NCBI GenBank assembly: GCA_050950825.1
Contig: JBMNIH010000002.1
Coordinates: forward strand, 480,001-544,000
From: Clostridia bacterium
GTDB lineage: Bacteria; Bacillota; Clostridia; JAAYHZ01
DNA length: 64,000 bases
Direction: 5' to 3'
The position numbers were made by a program, and so were the translations under genes. This document shows positions 17,527-26,786 of the stretch, piece after piece (within the stretch, counting starts at the first letter, position 1; every line of letters starts with the position of its first letter). Under the pieces are notes generated by a model, which saw nothing but the letters and a program-made list of their open reading frames with translations, had not been told where the DNA came from and ran no database searches.

Positions 17527-18948
17527 CTAAAACTGAAAGTATAGAAAGTCGGAAACGTTGCCCATCATAAACAGGGAAAAAGCAAGCAAAACGGCTGCAA
17601 ATACCGCTCCTTTTTGGGTTTTCGCAAACTCCTCGGAGAGCTCCTCGCTGTTTTTTGACCAAAAGCAGATGCCGGCGCCAAGGATGATCAGCAAAACCTC
17701 AAATATATGCTCTTTTACATAGGTTAAGCCGGACAAAAGGAATGTTTTCGGTTGTTGCAGCAAGGGTCGAATATCTACAAGTAATTTGAGCACTTTTACG
17801 GCCTGGTCCGTATTTTGGGCGTCAAACAGCACTCTTGTCAAAAGGATTCCGGCAAAGGTCAAAATCCAAGAGAGAAAAGCCGGAAGCTTTATGTTCTTTA
17901 AAATGGCGATATTTGAAATGCAAACAAAGATGCCGTTTACAAATCCCCATGCGATGAAATGCCAGCCGGCCCCATGCCAAATGCCGGATACGATAAAGGT
18001 TACCATAATGCCGAGAACCAGTTTTCCCAAACGGTCTCCGAACCTGTATATGCTTTTGAAAATGTGGTTGTAAAGAAATTGGGTTACGGTAATATTCCAC
18101 CTTCTCCAAAACTCGGCAAAGTTTTTCGCTTTGTACGGAGATCGGAAGTTAAAGGGAAGCCGGATGTTAAAAAACAGCCCCAACCCCACCGCCATATCGC
18201 CGTATCCCGAAAAATCGAAGTAGTATGCAAAGGTATAGGCGAATACCGCAAACCACCCGTTAAAAAATCCGGCCGGAACGGGGTTTTTGTAGAAGCTTTG
18301 GGCCAAAGCAATGAGAGGGTCTGCAATTAAAACTTTTTTCGCGCAGCCCACGGATAAAAGGAACAAGCCTTTTGCCATATTCTCCTTGTTGATTTGAAAG
18401 GTTTTCTTGTCTGCCAATTGGGAAGCAAAAGGCTCAAAGTGAACCACGGGTCCGACAATCAGCATGGGAAAGAATACGGCATAAACCAAAAAGTCAAGAA
18501 AAGAAATTTTTTTAATCGTTCCTTTATGCACGTCATTGACAAAAGAGATAAAGCGGAAGGTAAAGAAGGAAATCCCCAAGGGTAAAAGAATGTTTTTTAA
18601 GTCGAAGCTTGTCCCTGCAAAGCGGTTTACGTTTTCCAAAAAGAAGTTCATGTATTTAAAATAGGCCAAAAGGCCGATGTTTTCGATCAATCCTATGGCG
18701 AAAAGAAGGTTTTTGATGATTTTATTGTTTTCATAACGCATCATAAAATAGCCTACGGCATAATTGAATACGACGGTAAATAAAAACCAAGGCATAAACG
18801 AAAGGCTTCCTTGGGCATAAAAAAACAAAGATGCGGCTGTCAACCACACTTTTATCCAAACGGATTTTTTCATTTTGCTTAAGATTAAAAAACCGATGAA
18901 TACGATCGGCATAAAGAGGAGCAAAAAAGCGTGGGACGAAAATATCAT
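17527..18948 (-). CDS. MBOAT family O-acyltransferase (AlgI/DltB-like)
   Basis: LPLGISFFTF, YFDFSGY, NFxSPY, EFWRRW, SGIWHGA (catalytic His); C-terminal FLYFQF. Confidence 0.95.
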   Translation of the reverse strand: MIFSSHAFLLLFMPIVFIGFLILSKMKKSVWIKVWLTAASLFFYAQGSLSFMPWFLFTVVFNYAVGYFMMRYENNKIIKNLLFAIGLIENIGLLAYFKYMNFFLENVNRFAGTSFDLKNILLPLGISFFTFRFISFVNDVHKGTIKKISFLDFLVYAVFFPMLIVGPVVHFEPFASQLADKKTFQINKENMAKGLFLLSVGCAKKVLIADPLIALAQSFYKNPVPAGFFNGWFAVFAYTFAYYFDFSGYGDMAVGLGLFFNIRLPFNFRSPYKAKNFAEFWRRWNITVTQFLYNHIFKSIYRFGDRLGKLVLGIMVTFIVSGIWHGAGWHFIAWGFVNGIFVCISNIAILKNIKLPAFLSWILTFAGILLTRVLFDAQNTDQAVKVLKLLVDIRPLLQQPKTFLLSGLTYVKEHIFEVLLIILGAGICFWSKNSEELSEEFAKTQKGAVFAAVLLAFSLFMMGNVSDFLYFQF

Positions 18949-18986
18949 GATACCTCCAAGATTATTCAGGGATTTCGTTTTGTGAA

Positions 18987-19015
18987 ATTATATCACCCCT
19001 GCCTAATGAAGTCAA
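18987..19015 (-). promoter_or_regulatory. sigmaA promoter of the MBOAT operon
   Basis: TTGACT-17bp-TATAAT with extended TG. Confidence 0.75.
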
Positions 19016-19067
19016 TTTACAAGAAGAGGTCTCGCTTACGGGAAGCCGCTAAAGCCTAAAAGGCTTT

Positions 19068-19577
19068 CTAATATACGCGATCCTTTAACAATCGATCTAA
19101 AAATCCGATTTTTATCTTCTTAACCGTATCTTTTTCGAAAGTCAGAACGATGAACAGATCCCCCTTTTCATAATAATTCGATTCCTTTTCTTCAAAATTA
19201 AGTTTGTTTAAGGTCGATACGGCTTTGTCCTTAGAATCCCCCGGCTTCATATCGAAAACATGATGCTCGGGGTTTTCGATCTCAATCGAAGAGACTCGGT
19301 TGTATGCCCTGCTCTCCGGGTCGTTCGAGAAGAACACCTTTATCTTTTCGTTTTTAAATTCATGACCAAAGCCGCCCATACCGTATATATATTCCCCTTC
19401 TCCGCCCATCTTAAGTAATACTTCATCAAGAGGCATCAGCAGCCGGATCCCGGCAATGTCCATGGATCGATTGGCTTTTGCCGTTTGCATAAGGGGATAA
19501 TAACGGTATATGACGAAGATAATTATCGATATGAATAAAAGTGAAATTAGGATACCGAATGTGATTTTTCTTCTCAT
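19068..19577 (-). CDS. Hypothetical membrane-anchored protein
   Basis: MRRKITFGILISLLFISIIIFVI TM anchor; GGGGG RBS. Confidence 0.7.
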   Translation of the reverse strand: MRRKITFGILISLLFISIIIFVIYRYYPLMQTAKANRSMDIAGIRLLMPLDEVLLKMGGEGEYIYGMGGFGHEFKNEKIKVFFSNDPESRAYNRVSSIEIENPEHHVFDMKPGDSKDKAVSTLNKLNFEEKESNYYEKGDLFIVLTFEKDTVKKIKIGFLDRLLKDRVY

Positions 19578-19663
19578 ATTGCCCCCGGCCTTTATTCTTT
19601 CGCTTTCCCGTTTTTTATTCTTAATTATTCGACGGATTTTACCGTCCGTTGTTCCATGCAATC

Positions 19664-20404
19664 TCACAAAGGCTTTTCCAAAACGTACACGATGAAGTTG
19701 GGTACCCGAAGCTCATCCTCCAAATCCGGGTACTCCGTTAATTTGTCCTCCGTCACCGTCGGCTCGATAATTTCATTCAACACAAAGCCTGTATTTATAA
19801 AACAATTGATATATGTGGATAAGGATCGGTGAAAATTGGTGAATTTAACCCCTAACATTTCCCAATGTCTTTCCCCTTCGTCAAAATATTGATCCAACAT
19901 GACATGCAGCTTCCTTCCGCTTTCGTCCTTGTACCATTTCCCCGAAGCGGACCTCATGGGATGCAAATTGGCAATGATGAATCGACCTCCCTTTTTCAAC
20001 ACCCGATACGTTTCCCTTACGTTCGATTCGAAATCCGGCAGATCGCATTGGTTCAGGTATGATATTGCCAAATCAAAGGACTCGCTTTCGAGAAAGCTAA
20101 GGTCCTGCACATCCCTTATACGGTACTCTTCCCGTTCGGATTGTAGGTTTTTTGCCGCTTCGATCATCGGCTCGCAAAGATCCAAACCCAATACGTATTT
20201 TGCACCGCGTTCCGCAAGGAGCCTGCAAAAACGTCCTTCTCCGCACCCGCAATCCAAGATGCGTAAACCTTCAACGTTTCCTAAGGCTTTGAGCATCACG
20301 GGATCGATGAGTCCTTTTCGTACCGAATTTCCGCCTTCTCGGACCTCTTTTATCCACCTCGGCGCAAGGGCTTCCCATTCTTCTTTAAGTCTTCTTGTAT
20401 CCAT
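19664..20404 (-). CDS. Class I SAM-dependent methyltransferase
   Basis: ILDCGCGEG, GLDL and LKKGGRF motifs. Confidence 0.9.
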   Translation of the reverse strand: MDTRRLKEEWEALAPRWIKEVREGGNSVRKGLIDPVMLKALGNVEGLRILDCGCGEGRFCRLLAERGAKYVLGLDLCEPMIEAAKNLQSEREEYRIRDVQDLSFLESESFDLAISYLNQCDLPDFESNVRETYRVLKKGGRFIIANLHPMRSASGKWYKDESGRKLHVMLDQYFDEGERHWEMLGVKFTNFHRSLSTYINCFINTGFVLNEIIEPTVTEDKLTEYPDLEDELRVPNFIVYVLEKPL

Positions 20405-20474
20405 ACAAACCGTCCTCCGAAAACCGTATGATTCATAATTACCGCTACGGAATATCTTTTACTATCATAATACC

Positions 20475-20592
20475 GATCATCACCTTTATGGTTTCATCGA
20501 TATTCCTCCGCAAATTCTACGCCTTCTTGTCAATCCGTTTCCGTACGAAAAGTACGATTTCTGTACTAGTAGTTTTTTTCTCCGTAGTTTAT
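20475..20592 (+). repeat. Left copy of 118-bp direct repeat (target duplication)
   Basis: GATCATCACC...CCGTAGTTTAT is identical to 22631-22748. Confidence 0.93.
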
Positions 20593-20697
20593 CTTGACTT
20601 TAACAGTTACGGAATATAAAAAACCTTTGTAATCCTTGAGAAATGCGGCTTACAAAGGTTCTTTTGATTTCAGAAGATTGTTGTACATTTTTCTTAG

Positions 20698-22467
20698 TTA
20701 TCTTTTAGTGTCGGCAATAAGTTGACGTATTGCTCCGGGTTTTAGAAAACGTTGATTAAGTACAAGATTCAAGGCATTACCGATATCCTTTAGAAGGGGA
20801 TCATAATAAGCTACTCGGTATACGTTATCCTTAACTAAACAAGCCTGATATTTTCTCAAAGACTTAATTATCTGTTCGGGAGCGTACTCCTTATTCAAAC
20901 GCTTTGCCAAAAGTCTTAAAATCAGCAATGCAATGAAGCACGTAAGAAAATGTCCTTCTATCCTTTGTTTCAATGTAACATAAACGGGACGGGTTTCAAG
21001 ATCGCTTTTGGTAATTCGAAAACTATGTTCAATTTCCCAAAGCTCATGATATCTCTTGGCGACTTCGTGATCCGGCATATTGATTTCGCTTGTAATAATT
21101 ACATAATAACCGTCGTACTTTTCGTCTTCCATGATTTTTTCCGTATCCAAATAAGGAATACGTTTCGTATTGATGCATTCGCCGGTTTCGGAATCGTATT
21201 CGATATTTTTAATATAACGCAATGCGCTTTGAGCATCTTGTTTTGTATAGCGTTTGGGATTCGCTATGATTTTTTGGGCCTTTTCAATCAGTTCGGCCCG
21301 CTTATGCTTCCGGCGTCCGGCATATAGTTCGTTGTAACATACAATCTGTTTAACATCTATTGGAATCGGGCGTTTCTTGCCGTCCGCATGGGTAACCCGA
21401 AATTCCTGCGGATACGGTCTGGATTTTAAGCGGAAAACGGGTTCTCGTTTTTCCGTTTTTTCATCCCACAGATCCGCCGACTTTACCACTCCTTTTTTCT
21501 CCACATAACCCGAAGGGTCAAATACAAAAGACTGTAGTTCCTTATTGGCTCCTCGTATTTTTTGCGAGAAGATGAAACCGTCTTTTTCAGCCGTTAAAAA
21601 TGCCACGTTATCACCGCAATTTAACGCTTTATCCGCAACAACGATAATTCTTCCCAATCCGTATTCTTCCCGTACCTTCTCAATAATCGGCATCATTGTT
21701 TGACTGTCATGGGTATTTCCTTCGAAGAGACGATATGTAATGGGAATCGCATCCGAATCCAGCAATAAACCCATTTGTACCAAAGGGTTACCGGTATTAT
21801 CTTTGCAATAACCTTTCTTACGAAACTTGTCTTCTTCGTCAATCTCAAAATAGTAATTGGTAACGTCATAAAAAGTTATGTCGGTCTTGCGATTGTAATG
21901 GATTCTTACCTGCTCATGGAGATGAAGAAGAAGGTCTTCTCGAAAATCGGAAAAGTAATCCAATGCCCGATATACGTCATACCAATCGCAATTGAAAGGT
22001 CTTGCTATTCTTTCTTTCTCTTGAAAACTCGCTATTTTTGATCCCGGTGCGAGTATGCGTGTGTAGACCAAAAGTTGCATGACATCGTTTAGGGAATAGT
22101 CCATAGACTTACTGTGCTGACGGTTAATCAAGAATTGATCAATTTTGAGTTCATGATAAATTCGGCTTAAAGGCAGAAATCCCAAATGGTACATGGCATC
22201 TTCGTTCTCATCCATTACTTCATTTGTACTTACATACCCTAAATAGACATCTTCTTCGGCTTCTTGCTTTTTCTTCTCCAAAGTACGTAAACGTGCTACT
22301 TCTTTAAAGTGAGCAATCGGATCTTCAAAACGATCCAAATATTCGTCAACGTAACCTAAATTTTCGATTACATTATGCTTTACTTTCTTTGTTTTCGGAT
22401 CTCTATAACCTTCGACAAAACTCAAATTTATACGACCGTTTTTTTGCGGAGTAACTTTCAGGTACAT
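20698..22467 (-). CDS. IS1634-family DDE transposase
   Basis: FYDVTNYYFE, VQMGLL, VVADKAL, YHELWEIEHSFRITKSDLETRP, RIEGHFLTCF. Confidence 0.93.
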   Translation of the reverse strand: MYLKVTPQKNGRINLSFVEGYRDPKTKKVKHNVIENLGYVDEYLDRFEDPIAHFKEVARLRTLEKKKQEAEEDVYLGYVSTNEVMDENEDAMYHLGFLPLSRIYHELKIDQFLINRQHSKSMDYSLNDVMQLLVYTRILAPGSKIASFQEKERIARPFNCDWYDVYRALDYFSDFREDLLLHLHEQVRIHYNRKTDITFYDVTNYYFEIDEEDKFRKKGYCKDNTGNPLVQMGLLLDSDAIPITYRLFEGNTHDSQTMMPIIEKVREEYGLGRIIVVADKALNCGDNVAFLTAEKDGFIFSQKIRGANKELQSFVFDPSGYVEKKGVVKSADLWDEKTEKREPVFRLKSRPYPQEFRVTHADGKKRPIPIDVKQIVCYNELYAGRRKHKRAELIEKAQKIIANPKRYTKQDAQSALRYIKNIEYDSETGECINTKRIPYLDTEKIMEDEKYDGYYVIITSEINMPDHEVAKRYHELWEIEHSFRITKSDLETRPVYVTLKQRIEGHFLTCFIALLILRLLAKRLNKEYAPEQIIKSLRKYQACLVKDNVYRVAYYDPLLKDIGNALNLVLNQRFLKPGAIRQLIADTKR

Positions 22468-22499
22468 GACCGTCCTCCAAAGATCTATATTCTTAACTG

Positions 22500-22528
22500 A
22501 TTATATCATAATACACAACTATAGTCAA
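22500..22528 (-). promoter_or_regulatory. Near-consensus sigmaA promoter of the transposase
   Basis: TTGACT-17bp-TATAAT with extended TG. Confidence 0.7.
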
Positions 22529-22630
22529 CAAAATTAAGAAAATAATTTGACATAAAAAAAGCGATCTAACAGCGTCATATCAATGGTTTTCATAATCTTT
22601 TTAGGACTAGTTAACTGTTAAACTCGCGCG

Positions 22631-22748
22631 GATCATCACCTTTATGGTTTCATCGATATTCCTCCGCAAATTCTACGCCTTCTTGTCAATCCGTTTCCGT
22701 ACGAAAAGTACGATTTCTGTACTAGTAGTTTTTTTCTCCGTAGTTTAT
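22631..22748 (+). repeat. Right copy of 118-bp direct repeat
   Basis: Identical to 20475-20592. Confidence 0.93.
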
Positions 22749-22792
22749 ACTGTACATGTACAAGTACAAAACTAGATATTTGAGGTGATGGT

Positions 22793-23593
22793 ATGATAAA
22801 GCTAGGTGTCAACTCGGTTCTATTCGGCGGGTATGATTTTGAGACCGCTTGCAAATATATCTCATTAGCCGGATACGACGGTCTTGAAATCTCCGCAATC
22901 AAAGGAATGTGCGAGCACCTGATGCCGGACGATTGGAAATCGCAAGAAAACATGCTGAAGGAAACAATGGAAAAATACAATTTGGCTTTCTTGGCAACCG
23001 AAGTAGCGTCTTTAGACGAAGATCGCTTGACAAAAACCTTTGAAGCTTGCCAAGCTTTAGGTATCCCTATCGTCAACATCGGTCCGGGAGGAAAAAGCAA
23101 CGTAAAAGAAGATATGCCGATCCTCATCGATAAACTGATTCGTTTGAGTCAAAAAGCAAAAAGCTACGGCGTAACTCTTTGCTGCAAAGCTCATGTAGGC
23201 GCGGTCATGTACAACACCCCGACAACCTTGGAAGTGATGGAAGCGGTAACGGATCCCTCTTTCGGAATCGACATGGATCCTTCTCACATCTACCGTGCGG
23301 GAGAACTGCCCGAAGAAGCGCTGCCCCAAGTTATCGGCAGGGTAAAACATATCCATATTCGAGATTGTAAAGGGCGTCAGCAAGGTCCGGGATCCCCGGC
23401 GAACCAATCTTGCGGCCGCGGAGATATCGATTTGTACGCATATTTGTCCGTTCTTGTTCAAAACGGATATTCGGGACCCATCAACCTGGAGGTTATCGGT
23501 GCTCTTCAAATGGGCCTTCCCGAAGTTTCCATTATCGCTGCGGAAAGCTACGGATATTTAAACGCTTGTCTAAAAAAATTAGGAGCAAGGTAA
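22793..23593 (+). CDS. Sugar phosphate isomerase/epimerase (xylose-isomerase-like TIM barrel)
   Basis: GYDGLE, DMDPSH, HIHIRD, GRGDID and INLE motifs. Confidence 0.85.
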   Translation: MIKLGVNSVLFGGYDFETACKYISLAGYDGLEISAIKGMCEHLMPDDWKSQENMLKETMEKYNLAFLATEVASLDEDRLTKTFEACQALGIPIVNIGPGGKSNVKEDMPILIDKLIRLSQKAKSYGVTLCCKAHVGAVMYNTPTTLEVMEAVTDPSFGIDMDPSHIYRAGELPEEALPQVIGRVKHIHIRDCKGRQQGPGSPANQSCGRGDIDLYAYLSVLVQNGYSGPINLEVIGALQMGLPEVSIIAAESYGYLNACLKKLGAR

Positions 23594-23603
23594 GGAGATC
23601 AAT

Positions 23604-24971
23604 ATGAGTAAGAAAAAGAATCTAATCATTTTCGGTATTGACAGTTTAAGAAGAGATCATATGAGCTTGTACGGCTATGACCGTTTGACGACTCCCCATA
23701 TTGATAAATATGCCAAAGGCGGAGTCACGTTTAACAACCCCTTCAGTCCGTCCATCCCCACCACTCCGGGATATGCATCCATGCTGACCGGGCTGGACAG
23801 CTTCGGAACCAACACCGTCGCTCTGCGTCATAAGGGAGAAGTTTTAGGGAAAACGTTAGCGGAATTGTTGAGGGAAAACGGATATACCACCACAAATATC
23901 GGATTTCGAAATGCAGCGGGTCGAGGATTTGACAAATACATCGATTTCGCAGGTTGGGGTCCCAATGAAACCGGCCGCTCTCCGAAGGCGCAAAACTTAA
24001 ACGATGTAGCCATCCCCGAACTGAAAAGATTGGCGGCTCAAGATCAGCCCTTCTTCCTTTTCATGCGCCACATGGATCCTCACTCCCCTTATTTACCGCC
24101 TCTTCCTTTTAAGAATATTTTCTACAACAAGAACGAAACCGATCCGAACAACAAATCCATGGAGCCGGTGAAGAACTTTAAACCCTTCGGCGACTACATC
24201 ATGTCGTGGCTTCCCGAAGGATGTACGGACAAGGATTACGTAATCGCCCAATACGACGGCGCCATCGCCTATATGGACGCCTGCATCGCCAATATATTCG
24301 ATGCCATCAAAGCATTGGGGCTTGAAGAAGAAACCCTTGTGGTCATTACCTCCGACCACGGCGAAACCCTGTATGACCACGACTGCTTCTTTGACCACCA
24401 CGGTCTTTACGACTGCACCTTGGTGGTACCCTTGGTCTTCCGCTGCCCGGGAGTGGTTCCCGAAAACATGAGAATCGACGATTACTGCCAGTTGAAGGAC
24501 GTAATGCCTACCATCGTGGATCTGTTGGAAATCGAACACGATCTCAAATTCGACGGCAGAAGCTTGGTTCCCTTAATGCAGGGCAAAGAAAGAACGCCGG
24601 AGCCGGAAATGTACATTACGGAATGTACTTGGATGAGAAAACACGGATGGCGTACTCCGGAATGGAAGCTGATCTGTGCATTGGAGCCGGATTTCCACTT
24701 TAAACCGGAAATCGAATTGTACAATCTGATCATCGATCCGGAAGAAAACAACAACGTTGCCGATCGGTATCCGGAAGTGGTGGCCTTTTTGAAGGATAGA
24801 ATGGAAAAACACATTAAGAAAAGAGAAGCCGAAACCGGCAGAACCGCACCCATCTACACGAATTTGGATTGGGCGGGTAACGGAAAAACACCCTTTAAAT
24901 CCTCTCAAGAAGCGTACGATTCCCTCTATATCGGCAGTATCGACACGGCAGTAAAGCTTCAGAAAAAATAG
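23604..24971 (+). CDS. Sulfatase-like (alkaline phosphatase superfamily) hydrolase/transferase with Thr at the nucleophile position
   Basis: IDSLRRD, TTPGYASMLTG in place of C/SxPxRxxLxTG, DPHSPY, TSDHG. Confidence 0.85.
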   Translation: MSKKKNLIIFGIDSLRRDHMSLYGYDRLTTPHIDKYAKGGVTFNNPFSPSIPTTPGYASMLTGLDSFGTNTVALRHKGEVLGKTLAELLRENGYTTTNIGFRNAAGRGFDKYIDFAGWGPNETGRSPKAQNLNDVAIPELKRLAAQDQPFFLFMRHMDPHSPYLPPLPFKNIFYNKNETDPNNKSMEPVKNFKPFGDYIMSWLPEGCTDKDYVIAQYDGAIAYMDACIANIFDAIKALGLEEETLVVITSDHGETLYDHDCFFDHHGLYDCTLVVPLVFRCPGVVPENMRIDDYCQLKDVMPTIVDLLEIEHDLKFDGRSLVPLMQGKERTPEPEMYITECTWMRKHGWRTPEWKLICALEPDFHFKPEIELYNLIIDPEENNNVADRYPEVVAFLKDRMEKHIKKREAETGRTAPIYTNLDWAGNGKTPFKSSQEAYDSLYIGSIDTAVKLQKK

Positions 24972-25000
24972 TTCATAAGGCATCAAGGAGTAAAGCATCT

Positions 25001-25732
25001 ATGACAATGATTACGGTTATCGGGCGCGGGCACTCGGGTACCCGCGCCATATCCCATACGTTATCCGCCAGCGGCGTATATATGGGGGCTCAGCTGAATA
25101 AATCCGGTGATATGATTCCTCCTGAAGATATGTACGAAGCTTGCCGGGTTATGGCAAAGTACGTAGAATACAAAGGCAATCTTCAATGGGATTTTTCAAG
25201 ATTGCACACCATGAAAATCGACCCTTTGTTTATCAAACACTTGGAACTGTATTTGGATTCGGTATTAAAAAGCGATGCGGACAAAAAAGGCTGGAAGATA
25301 CCGGAGACCACTTTGATTTATCCTTGGATCATACGATTGTTCCCGGACATTAAGTATATTTTCTGGGTTCGCGATCCGAGAGACAGCATTTTAGGCGCTC
25401 ATTTGACCGATGATTTGGAAGACTTCGGCATTAAATACGACAAATCCGATGATATCTATCATAATCGAGCGATCAGCTGGCTTTACCAGCGTCAAATCGT
25501 GAAAGCCACACCGCCGCCGAAATACGGAATTCATGTCCGATTCGAAGATTTCGTTCTAAAACAAGACGAGACGTTAAAGCGTTTGGAAGAATATTTAGGA
25601 TTTCCCTTGGCGAAGATACCGGTTCGTCCCGAATCGGTGGGGCGTTGGAAAATCCAAGGCTGCCCTGTGAATCCCGTCATTTTCAAGGAAGAATTGATCG
25701 AGTTGGGATATGAACATTCCTTTGATGAATAG
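25001..25732 (+). CDS. PAPS-dependent sulfotransferase family protein
   Basis: P-loop-like IGRGHSGTR, GWKIP, VRDPRDS (3'-phosphate motif), VRFEDF. Confidence 0.82.
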   Translation: MTMITVIGRGHSGTRAISHTLSASGVYMGAQLNKSGDMIPPEDMYEACRVMAKYVEYKGNLQWDFSRLHTMKIDPLFIKHLELYLDSVLKSDADKKGWKIPETTLIYPWIIRLFPDIKYIFWVRDPRDSILGAHLTDDLEDFGIKYDKSDDIYHNRAISWLYQRQIVKATPPPKYGIHVRFEDFVLKQDETLKRLEEYLGFPLAKIPVRPESVGRWKIQGCPVNPVIFKEELIELGYEHSFDE

Positions 25733-25750
25733 AACAAGAGGTGACCTCAA

Positions 25751-26755
25751 TTGAAAAAATGTTGCGTGATCGGTATGGGACCTATCGGCAATACGCACGC
25801 TCGCGTCTATACCGAACTTGATTTTGTAGAACTGGCAGCCGTTTGCGATATTCGGCCGGACCGTGCCAAAGCCGCCGGTGAAAAATACGGCGTTCCTTGG
25901 TACACCGACGCTCCTACCATGCTGAAGGAAGTAAAGCCGGACTTTTGCAGCGTGGCTACGGGAGGCTACGAATACGGAAGCGATCATGCTTTGCCGGTTT
26001 TACAAGCATTCGAAGCGGGCTGCCACGTATTGTGCGAAAAACCTATATCCAACGAATTGGAGCCTGCAAGAGCCATGGTTCGAAAAGCAATGGAAAAAAA
26101 TCTTTGCTTCGGAATCGATTTCAACCACCGGTTCACTCCCGCCGCATACAAAGCGAAGGAGTGGCAAAACCAAGGCTTGTTAGGCGATTTGCTTTTCGTG
26201 AACATGGCATTATGGATCGGCAAGTTTCAAAAGCTGGAGTCTCCCTTTTACCATTTAAAGGCCTTGAATCCCCACAGCATTGACATGATGCGTCATTACT
26301 GCGGAGACATTGAAAAGGTACAGTGCTTTGCCATGAAAGCTCCCGGAAGAGATATTTGGTCTACCGCCTCCATCAATATGCTGTTTAAAAACGGCGCCGT
26401 AGGACATTTGACCAGCAGCTACGATATTGAGCGGGGACATCCCATGGAAAGGTGCGAAGTCGCCGGAACCAAGGGCCGTATGGTAATTGAAGACATGTGG
26501 AGAGAGGCTACACTGTATCCTGCAGGCAACTACGAAAAACGTGTGTTTACCAATCCGGTATTCGGAGGGTACGAAAGCTTTTACGACACCTTCAAAGCCC
26601 GTATTACGGCATTTGCAAAGCAAATAGCGGAAGGAGCCAAGCCCGACGAAATCGACGGATCCGGATTGGACGGTCTCATGGCGCAAACGGTGATTCAAGC
26701 GGCTATAGACTCGTTAGTGACCGGGAAGGTCGTTGACGTGGAATATATACTGTAA
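25751..26755 (+). CDS. Gfo/Idh/MocA family oxidoreductase
   Basis: IGMGPIG, HVLCEKP and FNHRF motifs. Confidence 0.9.
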   Translation: MKKCCVIGMGPIGNTHARVYTELDFVELAAVCDIRPDRAKAAGEKYGVPWYTDAPTMLKEVKPDFCSVATGGYEYGSDHALPVLQAFEAGCHVLCEKPISNELEPARAMVRKAMEKNLCFGIDFNHRFTPAAYKAKEWQNQGLLGDLLFVNMALWIGKFQKLESPFYHLKALNPHSIDMMRHYCGDIEKVQCFAMKAPGRDIWSTASINMLFKNGAVGHLTSSYDIERGHPMERCEVAGTKGRMVIEDMWREATLYPAGNYEKRVFTNPVFGGYESFYDTFKARITAFAKQIAEGAKPDEIDGSGLDGLMAQTVIQAAIDSLVTGKVVDVEYIL

Positions 26756-26786
26756 AAAGATAAAAGGTACTAAAGGAAACGATTGC

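Larger units (their letters stand above)
20593..22630 (-). mobile_element. IS1634-family insertion sequence (about 2.04 kb)
   Basis: Single DDE transposase; imperfect terminal IRs sharing TTTAACAGTTA; flanked by 118-bp direct repeats. Confidence 0.9.

Noticed and set aside
20528-20533. TTGACA on the minus strand inside the direct repeat as a duplicated promoter
   Set aside because: No -10 element at 16-18 bp spacing (TAGAAT lies only 8 bp away).
20475-22748. 118-bp repeats read as LTRs, att sites or a CRISPR remnant
   Set aside because: There are only two copies, directly abutting IS ends, with no integrase or spacers; target duplication explains them.
22642-23127. 161-aa minus-strand ORF crossing the direct repeat
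   Set aside because: It is antisense to the epimerase gene and shows no family signature.
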